Of a stretch of 64,000 bases of DNA, positions 54,529 through 63,699 are shown one piece after another. A model generated the notes under the pieces. That model made no database searches, had not been told where the DNA came from, and saw only the letters and a list, made by a program, of their open reading frames with translations. The DNA is from Polyangiales bacterium (GTDB taxonomy: Bacteria; Myxococcota_A; Polyangia; Polyangiales; JADJQN01), in contig CAXNJO010000001.1 in assembly GCA_964202905.1 (NCBI GenBank), positions 608,001-672,000 on the forward strand, given 5' to 3'. Each line of letters begins with the position of its first letter. The first letter of the stretch is position 1. A program made the translations under genes and the position numbers.

Positions 54529-54672
54529 CGGTGGGTCGTTTGCGGGGTGGGTCGGTGGGTCGATTTCGGGGTGGGTCGGTGGGTCGATTTCGGGGTGGGT
54601 CGGTGGGTCGATTTCGGGGTGGGTCGGTGGGTCGATTTCGGGGTGGGTCGGTGGGTCGATTTCGGGGTGGGT
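54529..54672 (+). repeat. Intergenic 24-bp G-rich tandem repeat, 6 copies
   Basis: cggtgggtcgatttcggggtgggt x5 identical (54553-54672) plus one 2-mismatch copy at 54529. Confidence 0.95.
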
Positions 54673-54706
54673 CGGCCTCCCCGCGCTCGTGGTCGCCCTG
54701 GCGATC

Positions 54707-54952
54707 GACCCCGAGTCATGATTTCAAACATGGATTCTCGGTCCTCGAGATCGGTTTTGAGAGTCACATTTTCAAATCATGTCAACGGGTTGAGTGCGGC
54801 TTGATGTGTCTGTTTCAGAATATGATTCTGAACGTCGTCTCGTTCCCGTCGAGATGACGTTTCAGAATTGCATTCTCAGTTCCACGTCTTGCATCGGATG
54901 CATGCATGTCAGACATGCATTCTGAACACCGGTGCACTGGTTTCTGGTTCAG
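54707..54952. other. AT-rich non-coding element with phased palindromes and long hairpins
   Basis: TTCAGAAT-N3-ATTCTGAA-like sites start at 54814, 54861 and 54908 (47-bp period), with degenerate copies at 54723 and 54771; inverted repeats at 54707-54791, 54825-54868 and 54902-54920. Confidence 0.7.
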
Positions 54953-55087
54953 TGGTTGCGGGTGTCGTTGCGCAGGTGTCGTCGGCGGCCGCCACGGCTC
55001 GGCGTGCGTCGCTCGTCGCGCGCTTGCCCGGCCGCCTCGTGGCCGTGGCGTTGCCCCGCGCCCCCGGCGACCCCACATCGCCGCGCG

Positions 55088-56557
55088 ATGCAGTCCCGCG
55101 TCCCGACGCTCCGCCTCCACGTGGCCAACGCCGCGCCCCTGCGCCCGGAGGGCGCGTACGTCCTCTACTGGATGATCGCGGCGCGCCGGACGCACGCGAA
55201 CTTCGCGCTGGAGCGCGCGATCGAGCACGCCCGCGCGCTCGGGCGGCCGCTCGTCGTCTTCGAGCCGCTGCGCGCCGGCTACCGCTGGGCGAGCGATCGG
55301 CTGCACCGCTTCGCGATCGACGGGATGGTCGATCAGGGCGCGCGCTTCGGCGACGCGGGCATCACCTACCTGCCCTACGTCGAGCCCGCGCCGGGCGCGG
55401 GATCGGGGCTGCTCGCCGCGCTCGCCGCGCGCGCCTGCGTCGTCGTGACCGACGAGTTCCCGTGCTTCTTCCTCCCCGCGATGGTCGCGGCGGCGGCCGC
55501 GCGCTGCCCCGTGCGCCTCGAGCAGATCGACGGCAACGGGCTCCTCCCGCTGCGCGCGGCGCCGCGTGCGTACGACCGGGCGTTCGACTTCCGCCGGCTC
55601 CTGCAGAAGACCCTCGTTCCGCACCTCGCGGAGACGCCGCTCCCCGACCCCCTCGCGCCGCTCCGCGCCGCCCCGCTCCCGCGCCTCGCCGCGCTCCCCG
55701 AGACGGTCACGTCGCGCTGGGCCGCGGCCCCCGCGGCGCTGCTCGCGGGCGACCCGGCCGCGCTCGCGGCGCTGCCGATCGATCACGCCGTCGCGCCGGT
55801 CCCCTACCGGGGCGGCGAGGTCGCGGGCCGCGCGCGGCTGCGCGAGTTCTTCGCGCGGCGCCTCGCGCGCTACGCGGAGCGCAACCACCCCGACGCCGAC
55901 GCCGCGAGCGGCCTCTCGCCGTACCTGCACTTCGGGCACGTCTCGGCGCACGAGGTCTTCGCGGCCCTCGCCGACCACGAGGACTGGAGCCCCGAGCGCG
56001 TGAGCGCCCGCGTCACCGCGCAGGCGCGCGGATTCTGGGGCATGAGCGAGGCGGCGGAGTCCTTCTTCGACGAGCTCGTCACCTGGCGCGAGGTGTCGCT
56101 CAACACGTCCTTTCTCCGCGGTGATTACGACCGCTACGAGGGGCTGCCCGGCTGGGCCCGCGCGACGCTCGAGCTGCACGGCAGCGACCCGCGCCCGTAC
56201 GTGTACGCCCGCCCCGCGCTCGAGGCCGCGCACACGCACGACCCGATCTGGAACGCCGCGCAGCGCGAGCTCATCCGCGAGGGGCGCATCCACAACTACC
56301 TGCGGATGCTCTGGGGCAAGAAGATCCTCGAGTGGTCCGCGACCCCGCGCGAAGCCTTCGACACGCTCGTCGAGCTCAACAACAAGTACGCGGTCGATGG
56401 CCGCGACCCGAGCTCGTACGCGGGCATCGCGTGGGTGCTCGGCCGCTACGATCGACCCTGGCCCGAGCGCGCCGTCTACGGCGTCGTGCGCTCCATGAGC
56501 TCCGACAGCACGCGCAAGAAGGTCACGCTCGACCGCTACCTCTCACGCTTCCGCTGA
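55088..56557 (+). CDS. phr: Class II CPD DNA photolyase
   Basis: VLYWM, SGLSPYLHFG, THDPIWNAAQ, IHNYLRMLWGKKILEW, NNKYAVDGRDP, DRPWPER..YG.VR. Confidence 0.93.
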   Translation: MQSRVPTLRLHVANAAPLRPEGAYVLYWMIAARRTHANFALERAIEHARALGRPLVVFEPLRAGYRWASDRLHRFAIDGMVDQGARFGDAGITYLPYVEPAPGAGSGLLAALAARACVVVTDEFPCFFLPAMVAAAAARCPVRLEQIDGNGLLPLRAAPRAYDRAFDFRRLLQKTLVPHLAETPLPDPLAPLRAAPLPRLAALPETVTSRWAAAPAALLAGDPAALAALPIDHAVAPVPYRGGEVAGRARLREFFARRLARYAERNHPDADAASGLSPYLHFGHVSAHEVFAALADHEDWSPERVSARVTAQARGFWGMSEAAESFFDELVTWREVSLNTSFLRGDYDRYEGLPGWARATLELHGSDPRPYVYARPALEAAHTHDPIWNAAQRELIREGRIHNYLRMLWGKKILEWSATPREAFDTLVELNNKYAVDGRDPSSYAGIAWVLGRYDRPWPERAVYGVVRSMSSDSTRKKVTLDRYLSRFR

Positions 56558-56643
56558 GCGCGCGCGCTTCGTCCCCAGCCGTACGCCGCGACGCCCGCGG
56601 TGCGCTCTCGGCGAGGTGCGTCAGGCCGTGCCGCGGGCGCGCG

Positions 56644-57312
56644 TCACTCGACGTCGACGACGCGCCATTCGCCCGCCTCGCGCACGAGCTGCACGCGCGC
56701 GCCGCCGCCGAGCCGCACCTCCGCGGCGTCGCCGTCGACGTGCACCTCGAGGTCCGCGGTGTCTTCGCTCGCGGCGTTCAGGCGCGCGAGCTCGGCCTCG
56801 ACGTCCGCGCGCGTCCCCCGTGAGAGCACGCGCAGCACGCCCGGCAGGCTGCGACGCGAGAGCGCGCGGCGCAGCGAGGCGACGGCGTCTTCCGGCGTGC
56901 GCAGCCCGGGCGCGTCGAGCACGCCGCCGTCGATGCGCCACGCGCCGTCCTCGAGGACGAGCGCGACGACCTCGCCACCGACGAGCGTGAGGCGCGCCCT
57001 CGCGTCGACGCGCCGCGCGGCCTGCGCTTCGAGCGCCGCGGCCTGCGCCTCGAGCTCCGCGTGGTTTTCGGCGAAGAGCGCCGCGAAGCGTGCCGCATCG
57101 AGGCCGTCCCTCGCGCGCGGGTCGAGCAGCGCGAAGGCGCCCGCGGCGTCGTGGGCGCGCACCGCCCGGACCCACGCGCCGACCGTGCCGCGCGGGTCGG
57201 GGTTGCCCCGCGCCGCGCCCGCCGCGCCGCAGCCGCCGAGCGCAACCCCGAGCCCAACCGACCCGACGACGCGCGCGGCCGCCGCCCACCCATGCACCGC
57301 GCGCCGCGTCAC
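56644..57312 (-). CDS. Hypothetical lipoprotein (two similar halves)
   Basis: Lipobox LGGC; halves end LVLEDGAWRID and LVREAGEWRVVD. Confidence 0.7.
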   Translation of the reverse strand: MTRRAVHGWAAAARVVGSVGLGVALGGCGAAGAARGNPDPRGTVGAWVRAVRAHDAAGAFALLDPRARDGLDAARFAALFAENHAELEAQAAALEAQAARRVDARARLTLVGGEVVALVLEDGAWRIDGGVLDAPGLRTPEDAVASLRRALSRRSLPGVLRVLSRGTRADVEAELARLNAASEDTADLEVHVDGDAAEVRLGGGARVQLVREAGEWRVVDVE

Positions 57313-57465
57313 GCCGCCGATGCTAGCAGCCCGTGCCCCCGCGCGCGCCGTGCCGTGCGCCGCGCGGTCGCGCGTTCACGGACGCCCGCGTGAACCTGCG
57401 GTCACAGCGCCTCGCGCCGCGTGCGGAAATCGCGCACGCTGGCCCGGGTGCGCCCGCCGCGACGC

Positions 57466-57481
57466 TGGCACGGATCCTGAT
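57466..57481 (+). promoter_or_regulatory. Possible sigma-54 promoter
   Basis: TGGCACG-GATC-CTGAT: good -24 box, non-canonical -12 (GA instead of GC), ~45 nt before the ATG at 57527. Confidence 0.3.
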
Positions 57482-57526
57482 CCTCGCGCCGCCTGGTCAC
57501 ACCGTCCGCCCCTGAAGCGAGGACCC

Positions 57527-58540
57527 ATGAACACCCCCTCCCGCACGCTCCCCGTCCGTCCCCGCGCCGCGCTGCGCGCCGCCCTCCTCGCCTTCGCCGC
57601 GCTCGGCCTCGTCGCGTCGTCCGGCTGCGCGCAGGAGGACTACTACTGCGACGCGCGCGGCTGTTACCGCTGCGACGGCGTCGGCTGCCGCCTCCTCGAC
57701 CCGCCCGCGCGCCCGCCCTGCCGCGGCGACTTCGAGTGCGCCGCGGACACGGTCTGCACCGACCTCGGCTGCGCCGCCGAGTGCGCCGCCGACGCCGACT
57801 GCGCCGAGGGCACCGTCTGCCGCACGGGTCTCTGCGTCGCCCCGCAGGAGCCCGACCCGGAGCCGACGCCCGGCGTCTGCACCCGCAACGCGGATTGCGT
57901 GGACGTGGGGCTCGAGTGCCGCGACGGTGTCTGCGTGCCGGGCTCGGTTCCCGCGTGTGACGCGACCCGCTCCTGCGCAGGCGGTGCGGTGTGCGTCGAG
58001 GGCGCCTGCGTCGCGCCCGAGGCCACCTGCCAGTTCAACTTCGAGTGCGGCGCGGGCCGCCTCTGCGTGAACCAGCAGTGCGTGCAGGGCTGCACGGCCG
58101 ACGCCGGCTGCCCCGCGGGTCAGACCTGCGACGAGCCGAGCGGCGCGTGTGTCGCGGTGCCCCCCGCGACCGGCGAGTGCGCGGCCGACGCCGCGTGCGG
58201 CACCGGCGGCGTCTGCCTCGACTCGACCTGCTACGACGCGTGCACCGCGGACGCGGGGTGCGGCGCGGGCCGCTATTGCAGCGCCGGGATCTGCCGGATC
58301 GACACGCGCCCGCGGCCCTTCTGCACGGGCAACGCGGACTGCGCCCCCGGCCGCCCCTGCATCGGCGGCGTATGCCGCACGCCGTGCGACTCGAGCGCGA
58401 CGTGCGCGATGTTCGACGTGCAGTTCAGCTTCTGCGGCGACGCGGGCTATTGTTTGACCTCCAACGAAGTGACGACGGACTGCCGCGCGGCCGCGGATTG
58501 CGACGCGGGCGAGGCGTGCATCGACGGCGTCTGTCGCTGA
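57527..58540 (+). CDS. Cys-rich lipoprotein with CxxDxDC repeats
   Basis: SD GAGGA; lipobox SSGC; repeated CxxxxDCxxGxxCxxGxC units. Confidence 0.82.
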   Translation: MNTPSRTLPVRPRAALRAALLAFAALGLVASSGCAQEDYYCDARGCYRCDGVGCRLLDPPARPPCRGDFECAADTVCTDLGCAAECAADADCAEGTVCRTGLCVAPQEPDPEPTPGVCTRNADCVDVGLECRDGVCVPGSVPACDATRSCAGGAVCVEGACVAPEATCQFNFECGAGRLCVNQQCVQGCTADAGCPAGQTCDEPSGACVAVPPATGECAADAACGTGGVCLDSTCYDACTADAGCGAGRYCSAGICRIDTRPRPFCTGNADCAPGRPCIGGVCRTPCDSSATCAMFDVQFSFCGDAGYCLTSNEVTTDCRAAADCDAGEACIDGVCR

Positions 58541-58670
58541 GCGGGCCGCGCGCGGGACGCGGCGAAGGCGCCGCGATGAGCCGCCCCTCGGGGTCCTCCT
58601 TTGGCCGCCGTCGGCACGTGCGCCGCGGCGGCGCTGTGACGATGGACCCGCTGGGCGTACCTTCGGCGGT

Positions 58671-59102
58671 ATGAATGCGTCCGATCTGATGACCCGCGAG
58701 CTGGTCACGTTGACGGAGGACGCGACGCTCGGGGACGCGCTCGCGGCGCTCGCAGAACACGGCGTGCGGCACCTGCCGGTGCTGCGCGGGCGCGTCCCGG
58801 TGGGTGTCGTCTCGGACCGCGACCTGCGCCGCCTCGAGGGCGCCCTCGCGGCGAACCCGGCGAGCGTGCGTGACGAAGGGCCGCGCGGCGATGGCCCCGA
58901 TCCGTTCGACGCGCCGATCGCGACGATCCTCGAGGGCGAGGTCGTCCACATCCGCCCCGACACGCCCGTGCGCTCGGTCATCGACACACTGCTGGAGGCC
59001 CACGTCGGCGCGGTGCTCGTCGTGGACGCGTCCGGCGCGCTCGTCCGGCTCGTGAGCACCGTCGACGTCCTGCGTGCCGCGCGTGATCGGTTCGACGTCT
59101 GA
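58671..59102 (+). CDS. CBS-domain pair protein
   Basis: DLMTRELVTL, VRHLPVL...GVVSDRDL, VGAVLVVD..G.LV.LVSTVDVL. Confidence 0.88.
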   Translation: MNASDLMTRELVTLTEDATLGDALAALAEHGVRHLPVLRGRVPVGVVSDRDLRRLEGALAANPASVRDEGPRGDGPDPFDAPIATILEGEVVHIRPDTPVRSVIDTLLEAHVGAVLVVDASGALVRLVSTVDVLRAARDRFDV

Positions 59103-59596
59103 CGGGCGGGGCGTCGCCCACTGAACATTCCCCCGCAGTGCTGCGCCATGCGGGCGTTCGGTACGGAGACGATGACGAAGGCCCGGCGCAGCACCGTGTC
59201 GCTCGTTCCACGGAGGCGTTCTGCCGCGAGGGCCTGCTCGTCGTGCTCGTCGTCACGGTCGACGCGCGCGCCGGCGCGAATGCGTCGCACGTCGACCGCG
59301 TCCACGTCGTCGCGGAGCCCTCGCGGTGAGGCGCGTGCATGACGTCCGTGCGCTCCGCACGCTCGACGTCGACGAGCCGGACCCCCGTCACCGAAAGTCG
59401 CTGCTCAAACCAATCGTGTTCTCCGCACGCGGTGTCGCGTACGTCGGGGGCGACGCGTGGCCGAGCCGCTCGGCCCCCGGCTGCGTCTGCCTGCGCGCCT
59501 TCGTCGTCGGGTCGTCCGACACGGACGCGCCGCGCGCCGCGTGCGCCGCGGCACTCGGTGCGGCTCCCCGACCCGGGGGTCCCGTCTTCACCCATG

Positions 59597-59629
59597 AAAA
59601 AGGCCACGGGCGCGTTGCCCGTGGCCTTC
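59597..59629 (-). terminator. Rho-independent terminator downstream of the GT2 gene
   Basis: Minus strand AAGGCCACGGGC-AACGC-GCCCGTGGCC followed by a T run. Confidence 0.75.
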
Positions 59630-59663
59630 GTGAGACGCTGCGCGGGCCCGCGGCCCGCGGCCG

Positions 59664-61106
59664 TCAGCGCGACTGGTAGAGCGAGAGCGAGCCGACGTAC
59701 AGGAAGCCGACCACGAAGAGCACGAGGAAGGGGATGCTCGTCCACGACCCCGTGATCACCGCGATCGCGATCGTCGCGACGAAGTAGAGCCCGAAGCCGA
59801 TCTCGACGAGCGTCGCGAGCGTCTTGCCCGCCTTGTAGGTCTTCTTCGTCCAGCCCTCGGTGCGCGCCACGATGCCGTGCTTCGGCGTGCGGACGAACTC
59901 GCTCTCCTTGCCGACGAGCCCCTCGAGCACGGCGCGCGCGTTGTTGATCGAGAGCCCGATGCCGAGCGCCATCGTCATCGGCAGGCGGCGCAGCGCCTCG
60001 CCGATGTTCTTGTAGAGGACGTGGTGCGACGTCACGTAGAAGAGGACGATGCTGCCGCTCGTCGCGAGGAAGAGGGGCACGTCGAGCAGGAGCAGCTCGG
60101 GGCGGTCCATGTGGCGGCGGAGCAGCATGTTCGGCAGCTGCAGCGCCGCGAGGATCACGAGGAAGAGATACGCGAAGTTGTTGGTGAGGTGGAAGACCGC
60201 CTCGACCTTCACGAAGAGCGGGATCTTCGCGCGGAGAACGAGCGGGAGCAGCTTCTTCGCCGTCTGCGCGGAGCCCTTGGCCCAGCGGAACTGCTGCCCC
60301 TTGAAGCTGTTCATCTCGCAGGGGATCTCGGCGGGCGCGATGACGTCCGGGACGTACACGAACTGCCAGCCCCGGAGCTGCGCGCGGAAGCTGAGGTCCA
60401 TGTCCTCGGTGAGCGTGTCGTGCTGCCAGCCGCCCGCGTCGACGATCGCCGACTTGCGCCAGATGCCCGCAGTGCCGTTGAAGTTGAAGAAGCGGCCTGA
60501 GCGGTTGCGCGCGATGTGCTCGATGACGAAATGGCCGTCGAGCATCATCGACTGCACGCGCGTGAGCATCGAGTAGTCGCGGTTCAGGTGGCCCCAGCGC
60601 GCCTGCACCATGCCGACCTTCGGGTCCGTGAAGAAGTGGATGAGCTCCTTCACGATGCCGGGTGTCGGCACGAAGTCCGCGTCGAAGACGAGGACGAAGT
60701 CGCCGTTCGCGACCTTCTGGCCGGCCTCGAGCGCGCCGGCCTTGTAGCCCGTGCGATCCGTGCGGTGGATGTACGTCGCGTCCCAGCCGCGGGCGACGAG
60801 GTCGGCGACCTTCGCCGCCGCGATCTGCTGCGTCTCGTCGGTGGAGTCGTCGAGGACCTGAATCTCCAGCTTGTCCTTCGGGTAGTCGATCGCCGTGCAG
60901 CCCTCGATGAGGCGCTCGGCGACGTACATCTCGTTGAACATCGGCAGCTGCACCGTGACCCTGGGCAGCTCATCGAAGTGCGAGAGCGGCTTCGGCGCGG
61001 CCTTGCGGTGCTTCCAGTAGAGGAAGAGCAGGTGGGCGCGGTGGAAGCCGTAGACCCCGAGGATCGACAGCACGACGAGGTAGAGCGCGATGACGAAAAC
61101 GTCCAT
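59664..61106 (-). CDS. Processive GT2 glycosyltransferase (cellulose synthase-like)
   Basis: VTVQLPMFNE, QVLDDSTD, GYKAGAL, FDADF, LTEDMDLS, QQFRW; TM helices. Confidence 0.92.
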   Translation of the reverse strand: MDVFVIALYLVVLSILGVYGFHRAHLLFLYWKHRKAAPKPLSHFDELPRVTVQLPMFNEMYVAERLIEGCTAIDYPKDKLEIQVLDDSTDETQQIAAAKVADLVARGWDATYIHRTDRTGYKAGALEAGQKVANGDFVLVFDADFVPTPGIVKELIHFFTDPKVGMVQARWGHLNRDYSMLTRVQSMMLDGHFVIEHIARNRSGRFFNFNGTAGIWRKSAIVDAGGWQHDTLTEDMDLSFRAQLRGWQFVYVPDVIAPAEIPCEMNSFKGQQFRWAKGSAQTAKKLLPLVLRAKIPLFVKVEAVFHLTNNFAYLFLVILAALQLPNMLLRRHMDRPELLLLDVPLFLATSGSIVLFYVTSHHVLYKNIGEALRRLPMTMALGIGLSINNARAVLEGLVGKESEFVRTPKHGIVARTEGWTKKTYKAGKTLATLVEIGFGLYFVATIAIAVITGSWTSIPFLVLFVVGFLYVGSLSLYQSR

Positions 61107-61241
61107 GGGCTGGACCGTACCCGCGCGCTGGGGGGGCGATTGTCGTCGACTTGTAATTCGTTGTCCGCAATCGTCCGGCGCTGTCGCGGGCTGACGCGGG
61201 GTGTCAGGGCGTGCCCCCGGTAGAGGGGCCGAACACCCGCG

Positions 61242-62159
61242 CTACTCCGGCCAGAGTACGCGCGGCAGCCCCGTCGTCTGCAACAGCGCGGCGACATCCA
61301 TGCTCACCGCGATCCCGACGTGGATGAGGATGCCGCCCCAGATCGAGCGCGTGCGCAGCGCGAGCGTGCCGAGCGCGAGCCCCGCGAAGATCGCCCCGAG
61401 CGTCTCCGGGAGAGGTTTTCCGTAGTGGATCATGCAGTACGGCACGACCATCGCGAGCACCGCGCCCGCGCCGAACTGCGCCTTGCATGCGCGCAGCCAG
61501 AACCCACGGAAGAAGAACTCGAGCGAGAAGAACTGCGCCGCGTAGAGCGCCTCCCAGATCAGGAAGTCGCCCCACGAGCGCGAGGCGAGGTCGTAGAACG
61601 GGTAGTGCGTCGAGAACGAGCGCGTGAAGCTCACCGCGACGACGCCGACGAGCACGATGCAATAGAAGAGGCCGTAGACCCACAGGTGCTTCGTGAAGCC
61701 GCGTCCGCGCAGCCCGTACTCCGAGAGCGGCGCGCGGAACCCGAATTTCACGACGAGCGCGGGCACGATGAAGTAGCCGAGCACGCGCCAGCCCGCCCAA
61801 TAGACGTAGGTGGCGAGCTCGAAGAAGCGCGAGCGGCGGATCGCCATCCACGCGCTGTCGTCGCCGTTCGTGCCGGCGAGCGTGTCGACCATCGTGAGGA
61901 AGGTCGGGCGGTGCCCGAAGTACTCCATCGCGGTGAGCGTGAGCGCGCCGACGACGAGCGCGACGAGAGGCCGCCAGTCGTAGCCTGCGCCCCGCGCTGC
62001 GCGCGCCTCGCGCTCCTGCGCGGCCTCGGCGTCGAGGACCCGCCACGACTCGAGGAAGAAGCGACGCGGCCAGAGGTCGGCGAGCGTCGTGAGGAAGTCG
62101 TCGTCTTCCTCGGCGACCGACGTCGTGCGTGACGCGGCGGGCTTCTTCGCGGCGCTCAC
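61242..62159 (-). CDS. CPBP (CAAX/Abi) family intramembrane protease
   Basis: GTG overlaps the gltX stop; LEFFFRGF, YCMIHYGKP, RTRSIWGGILIH. Confidence 0.85.
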   Translation of the reverse strand: MSAAKKPAASRTTSVAEEDDDFLTTLADLWPRRFFLESWRVLDAEAAQEREARAARGAGYDWRPLVALVVGALTLTAMEYFGHRPTFLTMVDTLAGTNGDDSAWMAIRRSRFFELATYVYWAGWRVLGYFIVPALVVKFGFRAPLSEYGLRGRGFTKHLWVYGLFYCIVLVGVVAVSFTRSFSTHYPFYDLASRSWGDFLIWEALYAAQFFSLEFFFRGFWLRACKAQFGAGAVLAMVVPYCMIHYGKPLPETLGAIFAGLALGTLALRTRSIWGGILIHVGIAVSMDVAALLQTTGLPRVLWPE

Positions 62160-63592
62160 GCGTCGCCCAGCGACCGCGCGCGACCCTGCTCGAGCCGCGC
62201 GACGGTGCGCGCCTCGCCGAGCACCTCCATCAGCTCGTAGAGCCCGGGGCTCTGCGTGCGCCCGGTGAGCGCGACGCGCGCGGCCTGCGCGACGTCCTTG
62301 ATTTGCAGGCTCTCCGCGGCGAGCCACGCGCCGACCTTCGCCTCGAGCGTCGTGCGATCGAAGGGCGCCGTGCCGCTGACGACCTGCGCCAGCGCCCCGA
62401 GGCGGGGCGCGCTCGCGGGCACGAGGAACTTCTCCTTCGCCTTCGCGTCGAGTTCGGGCACGTCGCGGAAGAAGAAGTCGACCATGTCCGCGACGTCGGC
62501 GAGCGTCTGCGCGCGCGTCTTCACGGTGGCGATCGCCGCGGGCAGACGTGGGTCGTCGGCCGCGACCTCGAGCCCGCGCTTCGCGAGGAAGGGCAGGGCG
62601 AGCCGCGCGAGCGTCACGTCGTCGTGCGCGCGCAGGTGCTCGGCCTCGACGTAGAGGAACTTCTTCGCGTCGTATTTGCCGGGCGTGTGCCCGCAGCGCG
62701 CCCAGTCGAAATGCGCGATCAACTCCGCGCGCGAGAAGATCTCCTGATCGCCGTGCGACCAGCCGAGCCGCGCGAGGTAGTTGAGGACCGCGTCGGGCAG
62801 GTAGCCCGCGTCCGCGTACTCGAGGACGCTCACCGACGCGTGCCGCTTGCTCAGCTTCTCGCCGTTCGGCGCCAGGATCATCGGCAGGTGGGCGAAGGAC
62901 GGCACCGCGTCGCCGAGCGCCTGATAGATCAGGATCTGCGGCGGCGTGTTGACGACGTGGTCGTCGCCGCGCGCGACGAGGTTGATGCGCATCGTGACGT
63001 CGTCGACCACCGCCCCGAAGTTGTAGAGCGGCACGCCGTCGCTGCGGAGCAGGATGAAGTCCTGCTGCGCGTCGTTCGGCACGTCGATGCGCCCCTTGAC
63101 CAGATCGACCCAGCCGGTGCTGCCCGACGTCGGCGCGCGGAAGCGCACGACGAAGGGGGCGTCGGGCTGGTCGGTGCGCTTGCGGCAGGTGCCCGGGTAG
63201 CGGAAGGCCTGCCGCGTGCCCGACGCCTCGTGCGCGGCGCGCGCGGCGGCGAGGTCCTCCTTCGTGCAGTAGCAGCGGTAGGCGTGCCCCGCGCGGATGA
63301 GGCGCTCGGCGTGCTCGCGGTAGATCGCGAGGCGCTCCGTCTGGAAATACGGCCCATCCGGGCCGCCCACGAGCGGGCCCTCGTCCCAGTCGAGCCCGAG
63401 CCAGCGCATCGAGTCGAAGATCGCCTGCACGCTCTCCGCCGTGTTGCGCGCGAGGTCGGTGTCCTCGATGCGGAGGATGAACTTGCCCCCGACCTTCCGC
63501 GCCCAGAGCCAGTTGAAGAGCGCGGTGCGGGCACCGCCGATGTGCAGATAACCCGTCGGCGACGGGGCGAAACGGACGCGGACGTCGGACAT
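62156..63592 (-). CDS. gltX: Glutamate--tRNA ligase
   Basis: VRFAPSPTGYLHIGG, LRIEDTD, AYRCYCT, EKLSKRH. Confidence 0.97.
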   Translation of the reverse strand: MSDVRVRFAPSPTGYLHIGGARTALFNWLWARKVGGKFILRIEDTDLARNTAESVQAIFDSMRWLGLDWDEGPLVGGPDGPYFQTERLAIYREHAERLIRAGHAYRCYCTKEDLAAARAAHEASGTRQAFRYPGTCRKRTDQPDAPFVVRFRAPTSGSTGWVDLVKGRIDVPNDAQQDFILLRSDGVPLYNFGAVVDDVTMRINLVARGDDHVVNTPPQILIYQALGDAVPSFAHLPMILAPNGEKLSKRHASVSVLEYADAGYLPDAVLNYLARLGWSHGDQEIFSRAELIAHFDWARCGHTPGKYDAKKFLYVEAEHLRAHDDVTLARLALPFLAKRGLEVAADDPRLPAAIATVKTRAQTLADVADMVDFFFRDVPELDAKAKEKFLVPASAPRLGALAQVVSGTAPFDRTTLEAKVGAWLAAESLQIKDVAQAARVALTGRTQSPGLYELMEVLGEARTVARLEQGRARSLGDA

Positions 63593-63699
63593 GGGAGCGC
63601 GACTATACGGAGGAATCGTCGCGTCGCCACACGCGCGCGCGGGCATCGATGAGCGGTTGACCTGCCGATCCCCTCCGATACCCTGCGCGCACCCGAAGT

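Noticed and set aside
54529..54672. Possible CRISPR array
   Set aside because: Repeats are head to tail with no unique spacers, and there are no cas genes in the window
54760..54893. dif-, parS- or attC-like sites in the AT-rich block
   Set aside because: Only partial matches (TCATGTCAAC, GTTCCACGT, GTTGAGT); the partner arms are missing
54814..54926. 47-bp-period palindromes as a mini CRISPR array
   Set aside because: Repeats are only 19 bp and divergent, the period is shorter than typical arrays, and there are no cas genes; kept as an unexplained element instead
55088..56557. Eukaryote-type (class II) photolyase as a novelty
   Set aside because: Class II photolyases are already known from myxobacteria
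59138..59679. Two small overlapping ORFs between the CBS and GT2 genes
   Set aside because: No recognisable motif, and the second runs through the terminator; may be a gene remnant but cannot be supported
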